Shown: piece by piece, positions 1 to 12,528 of the stretch
Layout: each line of letters opens with the position of its first letter
Position numbering within the stretch: the stretch's first letter is position 1
Origin: Diplonema japonicum
Taxonomy: Eukaryota; Protista; Euglenozoa: Diplonemea
Assembly: GCA_964019335.1 (NCBI GenBank)
Contig: OZ025672.1
Coordinates: 613,204 to 677,203, forward strand
DNA: 64,000 bases
Direction: 5' to 3'
The notes under the pieces: generated by a model
The model's input: the letters and a program-made list of their open reading frames with translations, nothing else
What the model was told of the DNA's origin: nothing
The model's database searches: none
Program-made: the position numbers and the translations under genes

Positions 1-23
1 ATAGCACCCTTACAGGCGGTGTA

Positions 24-1296
24 TCAGCCGTCAAGCGACGTCTTGAGCTCATCCAAAAAGAAGCTTGCTGCCTTTTTCGCGGAACTACCTTCCCAAATAT
101 ATACTTGCCCTGCTTTTAGGTCAGGCGAAAGGTCAGGGTCCGCCTCTCCGAGCAAACACACTCCTGTCGTCCTCAACAGGCCCCTTATTATCCCACCTGC
201 ACCGGAGGCGCCTGTCACTAAACAGCCTATCACAGGCCCTTTTCCAAACAGCGCACTCCTCTGTTTGAATTGCTTCCCGAACTTGCTACGTTCAGTAAAT
301 AACTTCTCTAAACTGGTGTCATCTATGGCCCCAAACTCCCTTGTTGCAGCAAGGTCCAGCGCCTTCCCCCCATAGCCGCCCTATTGTGATGGTTAATTGC
401 TGGTTCTGAATTCGCATACCGAGAAATGTCCTGTGACAAGGCTAGCTACATGGCCCAACGAGGGACTGAATAGCACGAAGCACCCATCGTCCTTCCTAAT
501 GCCAGAAGTGAGGGGCACCATAACCTGTTCAGAAACCTCTCCCTCACCGTCAAGTTCCTTCAGCATATTTTTCCAGGGCCTGTCTTGCATGGACATGATG
601 TCGTCAGGTGTGGTGCTCACAGGCAGAACCTTAGGGGCAGACCCTGTCCCGAAGTCATCATAGTTGTACCATCCATTGTCAAACAAGGAGAGTTGACACC
701 GAGAAAACTGAGCTGTATATGTTCTGCATATTTTGTACCCACTACATACTTGGGAGCTGGAAATAGTTCAAGTTCCAACAGGCAACAGAGAGACCTTTGC
801 AGCACTCAAGCACTGCTCTCCGTGGGACGTACATCATGAGCTTCGTGTCATTACATTGGTAGAGTCTCACCTGAGAGGCTGCAAGGATAAAACGGTTATT
901 CTTGGAGTTCCTGATAAAGACAGACCCCACGCAGGGTGCGATGAAAAACCTGCAGTTCTCGCAGTTGTCGATCTGAACCTGTGACGTGATGTCTAGCACG
1001 TAGAAGTCGCACCCGTTGCACTTGTCGAAAGTGATGTCGTAGCCATCAAGCTCGCCTGGCATCCACACCCTGGTCTCCCCTTCTAGCTCCACCGAGTTCA
1101 AATGCTTTTCCATCTTCGCTCTCCCCTCAGCAGCTGTCTCGCCTTCCTCTCTGAACCTTGCAATGAACTCATCCTTGCCAGGGCCCTTCCACCTCTTCTC
1201 CTCCACGCAGTCATACGACCATTTGAACTGCCTCCTGTCTCTGCCCTTTTCCGCTTTTTCGAGTTCATCTTTATCTTTGGAGCCAAGGCAGCCCAT
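24..1296 (-). CDS. RP2: RP2/XRP2 homolog (TBCC domain plus NDK-like C-terminus; ARL3 GAP family), 3 exons; introns 713-749 (37 nt) and 381-419 (39 nt)
   Basis: N-terminal MGCLGSK acylation motif; TBCC beta-helix (QVQIDNCENCRFFIAPCVGSVFIRNS..QVRL). Removing GTATGT..CAG and GTATGC..TAG joins the ORFs at 742-1296, 393-686 and 24-233 into ..QFSRCQLSLFDNGWYNYDDF..KGPVIG.., resembling RP2. Confidence 0.88.
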
Positions 1297-1580
1297 TGTG
1301 AGTGTCTATATGACTTTGTGTCTCATCAAGCTGTTGAGTGAAATGAAATATAAGATAACAAGCACCAATGAGAACCACCTAAGGCAGTACTGTTTGCCGG
1401 TTCCAGGTCGGGTATGCCCTAACAAAAAGATTGGCAGCGCCCTTCACAGGCAAACGAACTAAACTCAAAAAGTGTCTTGTCCCAGGAGAGGCTAAGGGCC
1501 GCCTGGTGGTGAGACAGAGGTACTAGCAACACTAGGTGCCGATAATAATAATCTGCTCGGCCGTCTCGACACTGTCATAT

Positions 1581-2558
1581 CTATCTAATGGGGACCCTGA
1601 ACGGGGACGTGCGCTGGTTCCTCCCGCTTGTTTCGAAAGCGGCCATCGCAGAAGGCGAGAAGCCAGTCATAGATCTATGCAGTTGCCGCAGGTTTGGGGA
1701 CGAAGAGACTCTGCGCCTAGGTGGCGTAGCAGACACAGCCCTCGGGGGTGACGACAGGGAAGGGATAGGGACTGGGTGTGGGGATTGGGATCTCATGGGT
1801 TTTGTGTTGACGGGATGGTCAGTCTCTTTGAGAAGCATCCACCCAGGTGGCTTCACGGCGCCCACTGGAGCTAGCTCGGCGATGGCCTGCAAGGTGTATT
1901 TACTCTGAAGGTTGCCCCTTGCCTCGTATGTGCTCCCCCTAAGGTGCAGGAGACTCTCTTCAAGGTCGTTCTTTTTGTCTGTTGCGATGTCCAACCTCTG
2001 CCTCAGTACTTTGACGTCATCGCCGTTTACATTACTTCGCAGCAGCATCGCCGAGGCTACTGCTTCGCACTCATTGATCACAGTCTGTACTTCGGTTAGC
2101 CCTTTCGCAAGCTTCGTATGTTCACTTTGTCGCTCGTCCCACTTCTTCTCCATCTCCCGTCCGATCTCTTCCTCTTTCTGTGTAAGCAATTGGTGCAGCT
2201 TTTTGAACTCGGCACTCAGTACATCCACAGCTTTAAGAATAGTCTGCTCTTCCTTGTGAGTGATCTCTTTCAGCTCCCTCTGCAGCACGCTTGAGGTGCC
2301 AAGCTCTCTCCTGCAGTCTTTTGTTATTTGCGTCAACAATGACCAGTCTTCGTCGCCCTCTTGGAGGCATCCTGGGTACAGCTCGCTGGAATACTCCACA
2401 TCGTTATAACTACAGCTTCTCACCACCTCAAGGGAGTGTCCCTTCAAGGCCTCGATTTGGTGGAGTTTGTTGGAGCAAGAAGAACAATAGAGCATCATCC
2501 CACACTCGGCGCACATCACGTCTCCCTCCTGCGCCTCACACATGTTGCACACGCCCAT
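1581..2558 (-). CDS. B-box zinc-finger plus coiled-coil protein
   Basis: 325-aa ORF; CxxC..CxxC..YCxxCxxxxH..H at the N-terminus, then a long heptad-rich helix and a Pro/Ser tail. Confidence 0.7.
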   Translation of the reverse strand: MGVCNMCEAQEGDVMCAECGMMLYCSSCSNKLHQIEALKGHSLEVVRSCSYNDVEYSSELYPGCLQEGDEDWSLLTQITKDCRRELGTSSVLQRELKEITHKEEQTILKAVDVLSAEFKKLHQLLTQKEEEIGREMEKKWDERQSEHTKLAKGLTEVQTVINECEAVASAMLLRSNVNGDDVKVLRQRLDIATDKKNDLEESLLHLRGSTYEARGNLQSKYTLQAIAELAPVGAVKPPGWMLLKETDHPVNTKPMRSQSPHPVPIPSLSSPPRAVSATPPRRRVSSSPNLRQLHRSMTGFSPSAMAAFETSGRNQRTSPFRVPIR

Positions 2559-2838
2559 CTTGCCTTTAAGTAGTTATGTCCAATGCCACAAGGTGGAGCA
2601 AGTACTGTACTTAGTCCACAGTTAAAATAAATAATAAAGAAAAGAAAAGACTGAAGACCTAGGTTACCAAGTACTGCCTAGATCACAGTCAAACTCTTGC
2701 CCAAAGCCTCCCAACTAATGGAACATATGAATGAATAAACAACACTTACAGACCGCTGGTGCATCACCATCTGCCTGTTCCACCGTACTAGTGCACTCAT
2801 GTGCTTGTTTCGTATCTTCCTATATATTGTCTTGATAT

Positions 2839-3294
2839 TCAGCGGTCTCTGATTGGCCCCTTCAAAAAGGCCCAGCTAACACGAAGGATCTGGTCATTCA
2901 GCTCGTTCCCGTCGACAGCGCGCATCGCCTGCTTGGCGGATTCCAGGTCCGCGTACTCAATAAGTGCATATCCTGTAATTAAGTAAAGGTAGCCAACACA
3001 AACCTTTCACGTAGCACGTGCATCTGTCAAGTGGCAGGTTGATGTTTTTTACTTCTCCGTATTCGTCAAAAAGTGACAGTAGTTCCTCTTCCGTTGCCTC
3101 CTCGTGAACACCTGCCACAAAGAGAATCCACCCTTCCACAGACTTTGCCGGCTCCTGTTGTCAGATGGCGTTGCCTTGTGTGCATACCTCCTCACCTTCT
3201 CCGTCACGTCGCTTCTGCATTCCTCGCGATCGAGCTGTGAGGGGTAGCTAGGCGGTGCGTACATACCGTACTCGTTGTCCGTATCAAAGTCCAT
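2839..3294 (-). CDS. RBM8A: RNA-binding protein Y14 (exon junction complex), 4 exons; introns 3235-3266, 3155-3187, 2973-3003
   Basis: Spliced product [68 protein letters not shown]..VSWAF carries the Y14 signature SVEGWILFV; three GT-AG introns of 32, 33 and 31 nt. Confidence 0.9.
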
Positions 3295-3502
3295 TTTACT
3301 ATATCGCACCTGAAAGAGCTGAAGGGTAAGACAATAAAGATATGAGTAAATAAGAGTAGCACAAAACATGGCCAAGAAAAAGCCTTCATGAACGACAGAA
3401 GTCCGATCTTGGTGTCACAAGCTGTGGATGGCTCAGTCCATCATTGGCCATGTCGTGCCAAGCTACTTGAATAATTACGTGTAAATTGTGTATAAGTTTA
3501 GC

Positions 3503-3760
3503 TCAAGCAAAGGCAGGGTCGTTGCGCACCCGCTGTGGCAACCCGCAGTCATCACAAGCGTACCCAGCTGGCATTACAAGAGAAGGGAACTGCCCAACTT
3601 TCATGCTGGTGTAAGTGACAGGATACGGCCCCGTGTCAAGGTTCGGTATGTCAGGATGGCTTGCCCAGTCTAGCGACGGCGCTTTGATTCCAGTGTCTCT
3701 AGCATGTGCCTTTAAACCCCCCATGTCTGTTGTGTCGCTGGTACCACAAGCAAGTGCCAT
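3503..3760 (-). CDS. small hypothetical protein (about 85 aa, CxxC)
   Basis: ATG-initiated ORF MALACG..ACDDCG on the cluster strand with a pyrimidine-rich region upstream; no recognisable family. Confidence 0.35.
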   Translation of the reverse strand: MALACGTSDTTDMGGLKAHARDTGIKAPSLDWASHPDIPNLDTGPYPVTYTSMKVGQFPSLVMPAGYACDDCGLPQRVRNDPAFA

Positions 3761-4189
3761 TGTAATAATGTTCTGAAAATCGAATACTGCACCTATTCCA
3801 AGACCTAGTCGGTACACGGTACTTGGCTGTAGGCAACGCGAGTAGAAAAAAAGGTTATGTATATTATGAAACTTAGTTGTTTTTTTTAAATAAACTTCTT
3901 TTTTTTTAGGCTGGCCAGACCATTCTATCTTCTTTCTTTTTCAAGTGCTTCCTCACCTTTGTACTTAGTCAGGTTATAGGCATGCTGCGCAAGCTGCGTT
4001 GCACAAACGGGCATGCGGAGTTAGTGACAGGTGAACGAAAGCATCAAGGAATCGATTACTAACATTCGATCTATCTAGCTATATATGGGGTCGCGCAAGA
4101 CCTCGCCGTGAGTTCCCCCTTCCGCACGTGTCTACTGCTTCTCCGGGCGGTGTCCAGTAGGCCAACGAGTGGTACGGGTCCTACCAGAG

Positions 4190-5890
4190 TTAAGTTGTGA
4201 CGCAACATACCGAGTATGCTCTGCCGCACTGCGTATAGGCAAGAGTGTAAAAGTGTCGCTCATCGAGCGTAAGGTATCCTTGGACACCTCGCTTCGTCGG
4301 CCAGTGGGGTGTGGGGAGCAACTGGTTGCTGTTGCATACAAGCATCTCTTCGTTGACATGCTTGCTTCCTGTCGAGTGGAACAATCCTGCAGGCAGCCTG
4401 CCATGCGTCCCTAATGCTGTAAAGTCAATTTTTGTTTTTGTCGTCTTCTTAACAGCGATGAACCCTGCAGTGCCAATATGCACAACAGGGGTATTCTTGA
4501 GCTTTTCAGCAACAAAAGTATGGAACGGTTTAAAGAAAGCAGTCGTAGACGCAACGAAGTATGTAATACTCCCTTCAGGACGCAGAGACAGTACGTGCTG
4601 CGCATGCTCAGGGGTGAAGGAACCATTCACAAATTGCGACTTGAGCTTCGGTTCCGTGGAACGTAAGGTGAGCTGGCATACGAACCTGCACCAGTCATCA
4701 GGAAGGAAGGGGGAATAGATAAAAATACTTGCGCTTGGATCTACAGGTGAAGGAAGAGGTGTGGATAAGGTCGAGAGCTCTGTCACCAGCGAGTACACAT
4801 GCCACCATCCCCTCTTTTCTTTTTGAGGAATCAAGGTCCGTCCCATACAGTGCTGCGAAAGTACGTGGTGTAGCTTCCATTCTGTTTTACGGTGCCAGGG
4901 TAGCCACTGCCCACCTTGATCAGACTTCTTCTTATCTGGATGGCACATCACAGGCTGCGTTGGCATCTGACACCTTGACTTGCTCATAGACGGACCCCAA
5001 AACTCCTTCGGCAGAACTGTCCACCGCAGACCAGATTGTTTTGTAACTTCATTCAACAGCTCTTCTTGGTCCAGCATCCCTTTTATCCACTTCCCATTGC
5101 ACGTTATTTTGTTATACACAGTCTCAAAGAGACGCAAAGATGCAGCGTTGCATCTGATAGCTGCGATCGAAAACACAAGCGATTTTTTCCTCTTAACAAA
5201 CTCTTTTTTTATCAGTGGGTCGTAGGAGTCCACACCTTGGAAGGCTACATCGTGGCCATCCATGGCCCGCTCGACAAGGTGTGCCCATGGCCTGTAAAAG
5301 ACAAGGTCGGTATCGATCACAACTACCAGTTTGTTCCAATTAGCCTTTATGATATTCATTATGAAATTTAGCTTAACAGGGTAGCTCCAACCGAAGGTCT
5401 TCATGTTGGGTTGAACATATAGGCTGTACTGCGGTACGCGAGGCTCGACGAGGCGCAGTGTGTGCTGGAGGAGATAAACGGAGTGGTTTGCAATGTCATC
5501 GTAGAAGTAGTACACACCCTGTAGCGTGTTGTTCCCCTTTGTGTTCTTGTGCATGGATACAGGTTCCCCTCTCCAAGCGGTATCAGGCACGAATAACTCG
5601 CTGCTCACTTCTGCCCCCTTTGCCTCGACACTTCGATGAATATACCAATCACGTGATCCAGCAGGCCAGGTTAAATCGGGGAGTTCAATCATTTCCAGTG
5701 GCACATTGACAGCCTCGTCTAAAAGCGGCATACCGCCCAAGGCAACTTGTTTGCTGGCCACAAACACTTTCTGACCCTCCTGCAGTGACAGCCCCGCATC
5801 TTCCTCATTCGGTGTCAGTATGTTGAAAATACCAGGCACAACACCGCACAATGCGATGATTCCGATCACCCTGAACTTTATTGTGATCAT
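4190..5890 (-). CDS. type II membrane glycosyltransferase (nucleotide-diphospho-sugar transferase, GT-A fold)
   Basis: 566 aa; N-terminal hydrophobic anchor, DxD motif (VIDTDLVF), later DQE..N and 'WTVLP..F' motifs. Confidence 0.7.
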   Translation of the reverse strand: MITIKFRVIGIIALCGVVPGIFNILTPNEEDAGLSLQEGQKVFVASKQVALGGMPLLDEAVNVPLEMIELPDLTWPAGSRDWYIHRSVEAKGAEVSSELFVPDTAWRGEPVSMHKNTKGNNTLQGVYYFYDDIANHSVYLLQHTLRLVEPRVPQYSLYVQPNMKTFGWSYPVKLNFIMNIIKANWNKLVVVIDTDLVFYRPWAHLVERAMDGHDVAFQGVDSYDPLIKKEFVKRKKSLVFSIAAIRCNAASLRLFETVYNKITCNGKWIKGMLDQEELLNEVTKQSGLRWTVLPKEFWGPSMSKSRCQMPTQPVMCHPDKKKSDQGGQWLPWHRKTEWKLHHVLSQHCMGRTLIPQKEKRGWWHVYSLVTELSTLSTPLPSPVDPSASIFIYSPFLPDDWCRFVCQLTLRSTEPKLKSQFVNGSFTPEHAQHVLSLRPEGSITYFVASTTAFFKPFHTFVAEKLKNTPVVHIGTAGFIAVKKTTKTKIDFTALGTHGRLPAGLFHSTGSKHVNEEMLVCNSNQLLPTPHWPTKRGVQGYLTLDERHFYTLAYTQCGRAYSVCCVTT

Positions 5891-6027
5891 GTTTGTGGCA
5901 TGTGTTCCTGAAGGTGCTCTGACTGATGTTGAGTAGCTTGCAGTTTATCAGGTAGGTTTTTCTATTGATCTACACAATACAAAAAGAGGGGGAGATATAA
6001 TAAGATTTACAATTCTATTTAATTTCC

Positions 6028-6708
6028 TCAAAACTGGCGCTCCCAGGGAACATCTGGGAGAGCATAGCTTCGAAAGGCATGTGTGGATGCAGCGCTATCG
6101 TGTGAGTATTGGTTTTTCTGCAGTGTAAAGAATGAGTGCTGCCACTGATCACCATGGGGTTGTTCTGTAGGTGCTTCATGGTTCTTGTTGGAAGTGACAT
6201 CTGGCACGTTTCGCTTAGGTGCATGCCTCTGTGCAGACTTGGATCTCTTTTTTGTGTAGAAAGCCCGCCTCATACTGTCCGGGTCATTGTCCCATCCTAC
6301 ATTACACCTTGAGTTTGACACCCATTTTGGTTTTGTGATGTTTTGTTGTGCATCTTGGCCACGAAACTGCTGCGCCCATTTCCCAACGGACTTGTTACTC
6401 ACCGACCCCCGTCTCACCATGTGCGACATGGTTCCATAGTTTGTTTTAAATTCCCGTGAACTAACCACATCCTCACTTGGCTCAAAGACTGTTGTGCTTT
6501 TCGTATTCTTGTTAGGATGTATTCCTGTCAAACTTCGTCGCTCCCTCTGCTTCACCGGCTTCTTCGGTGTCTGTTCACCATATGCATTGTGTAACCCACC
6601 AAATGCACTTGGTGCTAACCACAAAGGGCTGCTTTTCTCCTCCTTCAAGGTGTCAGCAACACCTCTAAGTGTTGTATTACCCAAAGCATGTCCCAAGGTG
6701 TCTGTCAT
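6028..6708 (-). CDS. hypothetical basic protein
   Basis: 226-aa ATG ORF on the same strand as the cluster; no recognisable motif. Confidence 0.55.
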   Translation of the reverse strand: MTDTLGHALGNTTLRGVADTLKEEKSSPLWLAPSAFGGLHNAYGEQTPKKPVKQRERRSLTGIHPNKNTKSTTVFEPSEDVVSSREFKTNYGTMSHMVRRGSVSNKSVGKWAQQFRGQDAQQNITKPKWVSNSRCNVGWDNDPDSMRRAFYTKKRSKSAQRHAPKRNVPDVTSNKNHEAPTEQPHGDQWQHSFFTLQKNQYSHDSAASTHAFRSYALPDVPWERQF

Positions 6709-9236
6709 CGTCCTGTTATAGTAGTTATGTTTTGTATGTGAAGTGTAATAGAAAAGGGGGGAAATAACAAATAATATGTACAGGAAGTGCGTGTTTATAC
6801 CAAGGGTGGGTCGTTCCGTTCCCTTCCACCACTCGTCGGAACTTGGCGGAACTGGGAATTCCTTACCTATTTCAGTGATGGGTGAATCCGGTCTGGTCCG
6901 GTGTACCCAATTTACCGGACTGACCGGACTGACTGGACTCGAAAATTTTCTGCAATTTTTGACACACCTGCAAACACTTTTTTTTCAAATATTTTTGGAC
7001 AATGATTTTTTTTTTCCTTTTTTTTTTTTTTTTTTTTTTTTCTTCTTCTTCTTCTTTGTACCACAGACATGCACAGCTCCATCAAGCAATTTGCACCTAT
7101 CTACTCCAGTGCACTGCAGCTGCAGGTATGTACATATGTCCGGAAATGTTGTATTTGGATGTAACCCGGCTGTGGCGATCGACGTGGAACGCAGAAGAAG
7201 CTACAACCCAGCCGTGGTGAGAGATATATGAGTTAAAGGACCTGCACAAGACTACTTGATTACAGGGGGTACTACACCACAGCTTCTTCTGCGTTCCGTG
7301 TCGTGTTCTTAATGTGTGCGGTGTTCAGCTCAACCCCAGCCGGGGCGTCCCGGGTAACCAGATTCTGCTCATGCAGGGGTGGGTCGTTCCGTTCCCTTCC
7401 GCCAAACTGAAAAGTCGGAGCTTGGTGGAACGGCGGAACCAGTGGAACCAGAACTTGGCGGAACAGGGAATTCCTTACCTTTTTTTTTTTTTTTTCCTCT
7501 TTGCATCATCAAGGTTGAAAGTGGTGACTATATCACCACAACACTGACAGCACAATATTCCATGTCGTGTCCTTAATGTGTGCAGTGTGCAGCTCAACAC
7601 CAGAGCATCTGCAATACATTCCTCCACTTGGGCGCTACCAGTGATGACCGACGTGGAGGTCAACAGTGAACAACACATCTGATGTACTTCTTATATTTCC
7701 ATATTTCTGTAATCCCCACCACCAAATAACATGAAAGAGGTAAAGGAGACCAGTGACAGGGGGTGCACCTCGGCCGCTTCTGCATTCCATATTGTGTCCT
7801 TAATGCATGTGGTGTGCAGCTCAACCCCAGCTGGTGCCCTAAGTAGTTTACTCACCCTGAGCATCTGCAATTTGTTCTTCCACTCAGGGTGCTACAGGTG
7901 ATGACTGGCCAAGTGGATGGAGGAAAATGCCTGTTTGTCGTGTTGGTGGCACCTGCACAAGAACTGTTAACTTGATACAGGGGGGGGGGGGGGGGGGGGG
8001 CACTGCAGTTGTAGCTTCTTCTGTGTTCTGCATTGTGTCCTTAATGTGTGCAGTGTGCAGCCAGAGCAACACAACCCAGGGCAACCAACATTCTGTACTC
8101 ATGCAGTTTGCTGCCAATTCATCACCCTGAGCATCTGCATTATTTTCTCCCACTTGGGTGCTACTGGTGATGACTGACATGGAGGTCAACAGCAAACAAC
8201 ACATCTGATGTATTCTTATATTTCCATGTTATCTCCACCACCTGAATAATATATATATGAGTTAAAAGAAGCTGGTGTTGGTGGCACCCTGCACAAGAAC
8301 TGTCTACTTGATTACAGGGGGCACACCACAACCGAGTTGTAGCTTCTTCTGCATTCTGTGTCATGTCTTTAATGTGTGTGGTGTACAGCTCAACCCCAGC
8401 CAGAGTGTCCCAGGTAACCAAGATTTGGCACTTGTGCAGTTTGCTGCCTGTTTGTCACCCTGAGCATCTGCATTATGTTCTTCCACTCAGGAGCTACTGG
8501 TGATGACCAATGAGGAGGTCAACAGTGAACAACACATCTGATGTTTTTTCATGCTATCCCCACCACCTGAAAAAGAAGATAAAAGTTTTTTTTCTTCGTT
8601 TCTTGTTGTTGTCATCTCTCAGTACCTGTGTAACATCTTTTCTTGTAGACATCTGTTAATTTGAACTCTGCAAAAAAAAAGGGGGATGTGGTGTTGTGGT
8701 TGTATCTTGTCCAGTCTGGTCCAGTTTAGTCTGGTCAGTCTGGTCAGTTGGCATAATTGGGTTGAAATTCACACCAGATCCAGTCCAGTCTGGTCTAGTC
8801 CTAATTAGGATTCACCCATCACTGCTCAAAGCCATGCACCACTACTAACATTGAAGAACTACTCAGTCAAAAACCCAAATGCAGCCCTACTTTAACCAGT
8901 GCAGTGTTGGTCCAGACCTCAGGCAGGGGGGTTGTTCCATTCCCTTCTGCCAAACTGAAAAGTCGGAACTTGGTGGAACAGTGGAACTGGAACTTGGTGG
9001 AACTGGTAGAACTGGTGGAACATGGTGGAACTGGTGGAACTTGGTGGAACAGGGAATTCCTTACCGAATTTTTCCCCCCTTTTCCTCTTTGCACAGTGTT
9101 GGTCCAGACCCTTGAGGGACTCACCATGGTGCACCACAGCCGAGTTGTAGCTTCTTCTGCATTCTGCATTGTTTCCTTAATCACCATGGCCGAGTTGAAG
9201 CTTTTTATGTTCCGTGTCATTTCCTTAATCACAATC

Positions 9237-9418
9237 AAAAGTAGCCCCACTGGGAACCAAACCAAGGCAAAAATTGGCCTACCAAGGCATATTATTTAAT
9301 GGAAACCCCCTATTACTTCATGGAAAACAGGCCATTATTTCACCATGAAGTAATGAGATTTAGCATGAAGTAATGGGCCCCAGTGCGTGAAGTAATTTCT
9401 GAAGAGTGAAATAAAAAA
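9237..9418 (+). repeat. about 180-bp dispersed repeat, CpG-decayed copy (partner at 18150-18330)
   Basis: Aligns directly with 18154-18330. Confidence 0.9.
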
Positions 9419-11857
9419 CCACAGCCAAGTTGTAGCTTTTTGTGTTCCAGTGTTGTCAAAAATTGCAGAAAATTTTCAAGTCTGGTCAGTCCAGTGTTGG
9501 TCAGTCCCGTCCCATCCCCTAAAACGGAATATGGGCCTGGATGGGACTCACAGGACTCCATGGGACAGGACTCAGGACTCACAGGACTTTCCCCAACACT
9601 GTCACTATTTTTGATAGTTTTGCAACTTTTTTTTTTTTTTCTTTTTTTCCCTTTGGGAAAAAAAAAAAAAAAAAAAAAATGGGGAAAAAAAAAAGAGAAA
9701 AAAATACTTGATTTTTTTTGACATACATGATGTGTTTACCTTTTTTTTTCTCTTTTTTTTTGTATATTGTGCACCAGGAGGTGCATTGTGACACCTGCTT
9801 TTCCCTGTGCAGCATAGTGGTACATGTTATAAAACATGTGCTGTGTTGTGCACCCTGTGTTGCATACATCATGTATGTCGAAAATTTGCATGGGCCAGAC
9901 CTCAGACCACCAGTCTGGCCAACATTGCCCATCCAACCCTTTTTTTATTTTTTTTTTGCATTGTACTTTTCTTGCAAAGGCTTTAATATTTTAATATTTT
10001 ATTTAAAGCAGGTCTCTAAACCCCCTGATATTTTTTTTTTTTTTTTTTTTTTTATTTTAACATAGTCACAACAAGGTAGTATGAGCCTTGCCTCAGATCC
10101 CACCCAAACCTAGGACCTCTTTTTTTTGAACCTTTGAAACCAAAAGTGCCAATGCAAGCCCCAGCCTATTTGGGCCTTTGTGACACAAAAAACACCCTCC
10201 AGACCCCTGAAAATTTCAGGGGACTCCTGTCCTGTCCCTTGGAGTCCCCTGAGTCCCTCAAGGGTCTGGACCAACACTGGGCATACCTGACATTGCACAC
10301 AATGTATGCAACACAGGTTGATTACAGGGGGTGCACAACACAGTGCACAACATGGCATGTGTTTTATAACATGTACCACTATACTGCACAGGGAAAAGCA
10401 GGTGGAGTTGAGCTGAACACCACACACATTAAGGACACAACATGGAACACAGAAGAAGCTACAACCCAGCCACAGTGATCAAGGAAATGACACAGAATAC
10501 AGAAAAGCTACAACTCAGCCACAATGATTAAGGACACAACATGGAATGCAGAAGAAGCTATAACCCTGCTGCAGTAATTAAAAAAATTCTGATTGTGGAA
10601 TGCAGAAGAAGCTACAACCTGGCTGTGGTGCACCCCCTGTAATCAAGTAGACAGTTCTTGTGCACTGCCAACACCAGCCTCCTTTAACTCATATATTATT
10701 CCAAAGGTGGTGGGGATAACATGAAAAAACATCAGATGTGTTGTTTGCTGTTGACCTCCTCATTGGTCATCACTGAGCAAACCACATGAGCACAGCTCTT
10801 GGTTACCTGGGGCGCCCTGGCTGGGGTTGAGCTGAACACCACATGCATTAAGGACATGACACAGAATGCAGAAGAAGCTACAACCCGGCCACGGTGATTA
10901 AGGATACAATGCAGAACACAGAAGAAGCTACAACCTGGCTGTGGTGCCCCCTGTAATCAAATAGACAGTTCTTGTGCAGGGTGCCAACACCAGCCTCCTT
11001 TAACTCTTATATATATTATTCAGGTGGTGGGGATAACAAAGAAATATAAGAAGTACATCAGACCTCTCATCAGTCATCATCAGTAGTGCCCAAGTGGGAG
11101 AAAATAATGCAGATTCTCAGGGTGATGAATTGGCAGCAAACTGCATGAGCACAGAATGTTGGTTGCCCTGGGTTGTGTTGCTCTGGCTGCACACTGCACA
11201 CATTAAGGACACAATGCAGAACACAGAAGAAGCTACAACTGCAGTGCCCCCCCCCCCCCCCCCCCTGTATCAAGTAAACAGTTCTTGTGTGGGCACCACC
11301 AACATGATGAACAGGCATTTTCCTCCATCCACTTGGCCAGTCATCACCTGTAGCACCCTGAGTGGAAGAACAAATTGCAGATGCTCAGGGTGAGTAAACT
11401 ACTTAGGGCACCAGCTGGGGTTGAGCTGCACACCACATGCATTAAGGACATGATGTGGAATGCAGAAGTGGCCAAGGTGCACCCCCTGTCACTGGTGTCT
11501 CCTTTACCTCTTTCATGTTATTGGGTGGTGGGGATTACACAGAAATATGGAAATATAAGAAGTACATCAGATGTGTTGTTTGCTGTTGACCTCCATGCTG
11601 GTCATCACCAGTAGCACCCGAGTGGAGGAACGTATTGCAAATGCTCAGGGTGATGAACTGGCAGCAAATTACACACGCCCAGAATCTTGGTTACCAGGGG
11701 TGCCATGGCTGGTGTTGAGCTGCACACTGCACACATTAAGGACATGACATGGAATATTGTGCTGTCAGTGTTGTGGTGATATAGTCACCACTTTCAACCT
11801 TGATGATGCAAAGAGGAAAAAAGGGGAAAAGAAAAAAAAAATTAGGTAAGGAATTCC

Positions 11858-12050
11858 CTGTTCCACCAAGTTCCGCCAGTTCCACCATGTTCCGCCAGTT
11901 CCGCTAGTTCCACCACGTTCCGCCAGTTCCACTAGTTCCACCATGTTCCGCTGGTTCCACCACGTTCCACCATGTTCCGCCAGTTCCGCCATGTTCTGCC
12001 AGTTCTACCAGTTCCGCCAAGTTCCGGTTCCACCGTTCTGCCAAGTTCCG
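11858..12050. repeat. GTTCC(G/A)CCA 9-10-nt minisatellite (inverted copies at about 7420-7465 and 8960-9050)
   Basis: Tandem GTTCCGCCA/GTTCCACCA units just inside the TIR-like end. Confidence 0.75.
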
Positions 12051-12484
12051 ACTTTTCAGTTTGGTGGAAGTGAACGGAACGACCCACCCCTGCCCAGAGC
12101 ACTGGCTAGGGTTGAGCTGCACACCGCATGCATTAAGGACACAACGTGGAACGCAAACGCGGCCGAGGTGCACCCTGTCACCGGTCTCCTTTACCTCTTT
12201 TATTATTGGGTGGTGGGGATAACACAGAAATATGGAAATATAAAGAAGTACATCAGATGTGTTGTTCGCTGTTGACCTCCACGTTGGTCATCACTGGTAG
12301 TGCCCGTGTGGGAGAAGATTACAGGGGCGCCATGGCTGGGGTTGAGTTGCACTCCACACGCATTAAGGACACGACGTGGAACGCAGAAGAAGCTACAGCT
12401 AGGCCAAGGTGCGCCCCCTGTAATCAAGTAGACAATGTTGTGGTGATATAGTCACCACTTTCGACCTTGATGATGCAAAGAGGG

Positions 12485-12528
<44 letters not shown>

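Noticed and set aside
6865-8832. Intact hAT insertion defined by the CAGTGATGGGTGAATCC pair
   Set aside because: The flanks (ACCTATTT vs CTCAAAGC) show no 8-bp TSD, so it is kept only as part of the repeat cluster.
10420-10940. CRISPR-like periodic repeats (..GCAGAAGAAGCTACAAC..)
   Set aside because: The intervening sequences are themselves repeats, the context is eukaryotic and there are no cas genes.
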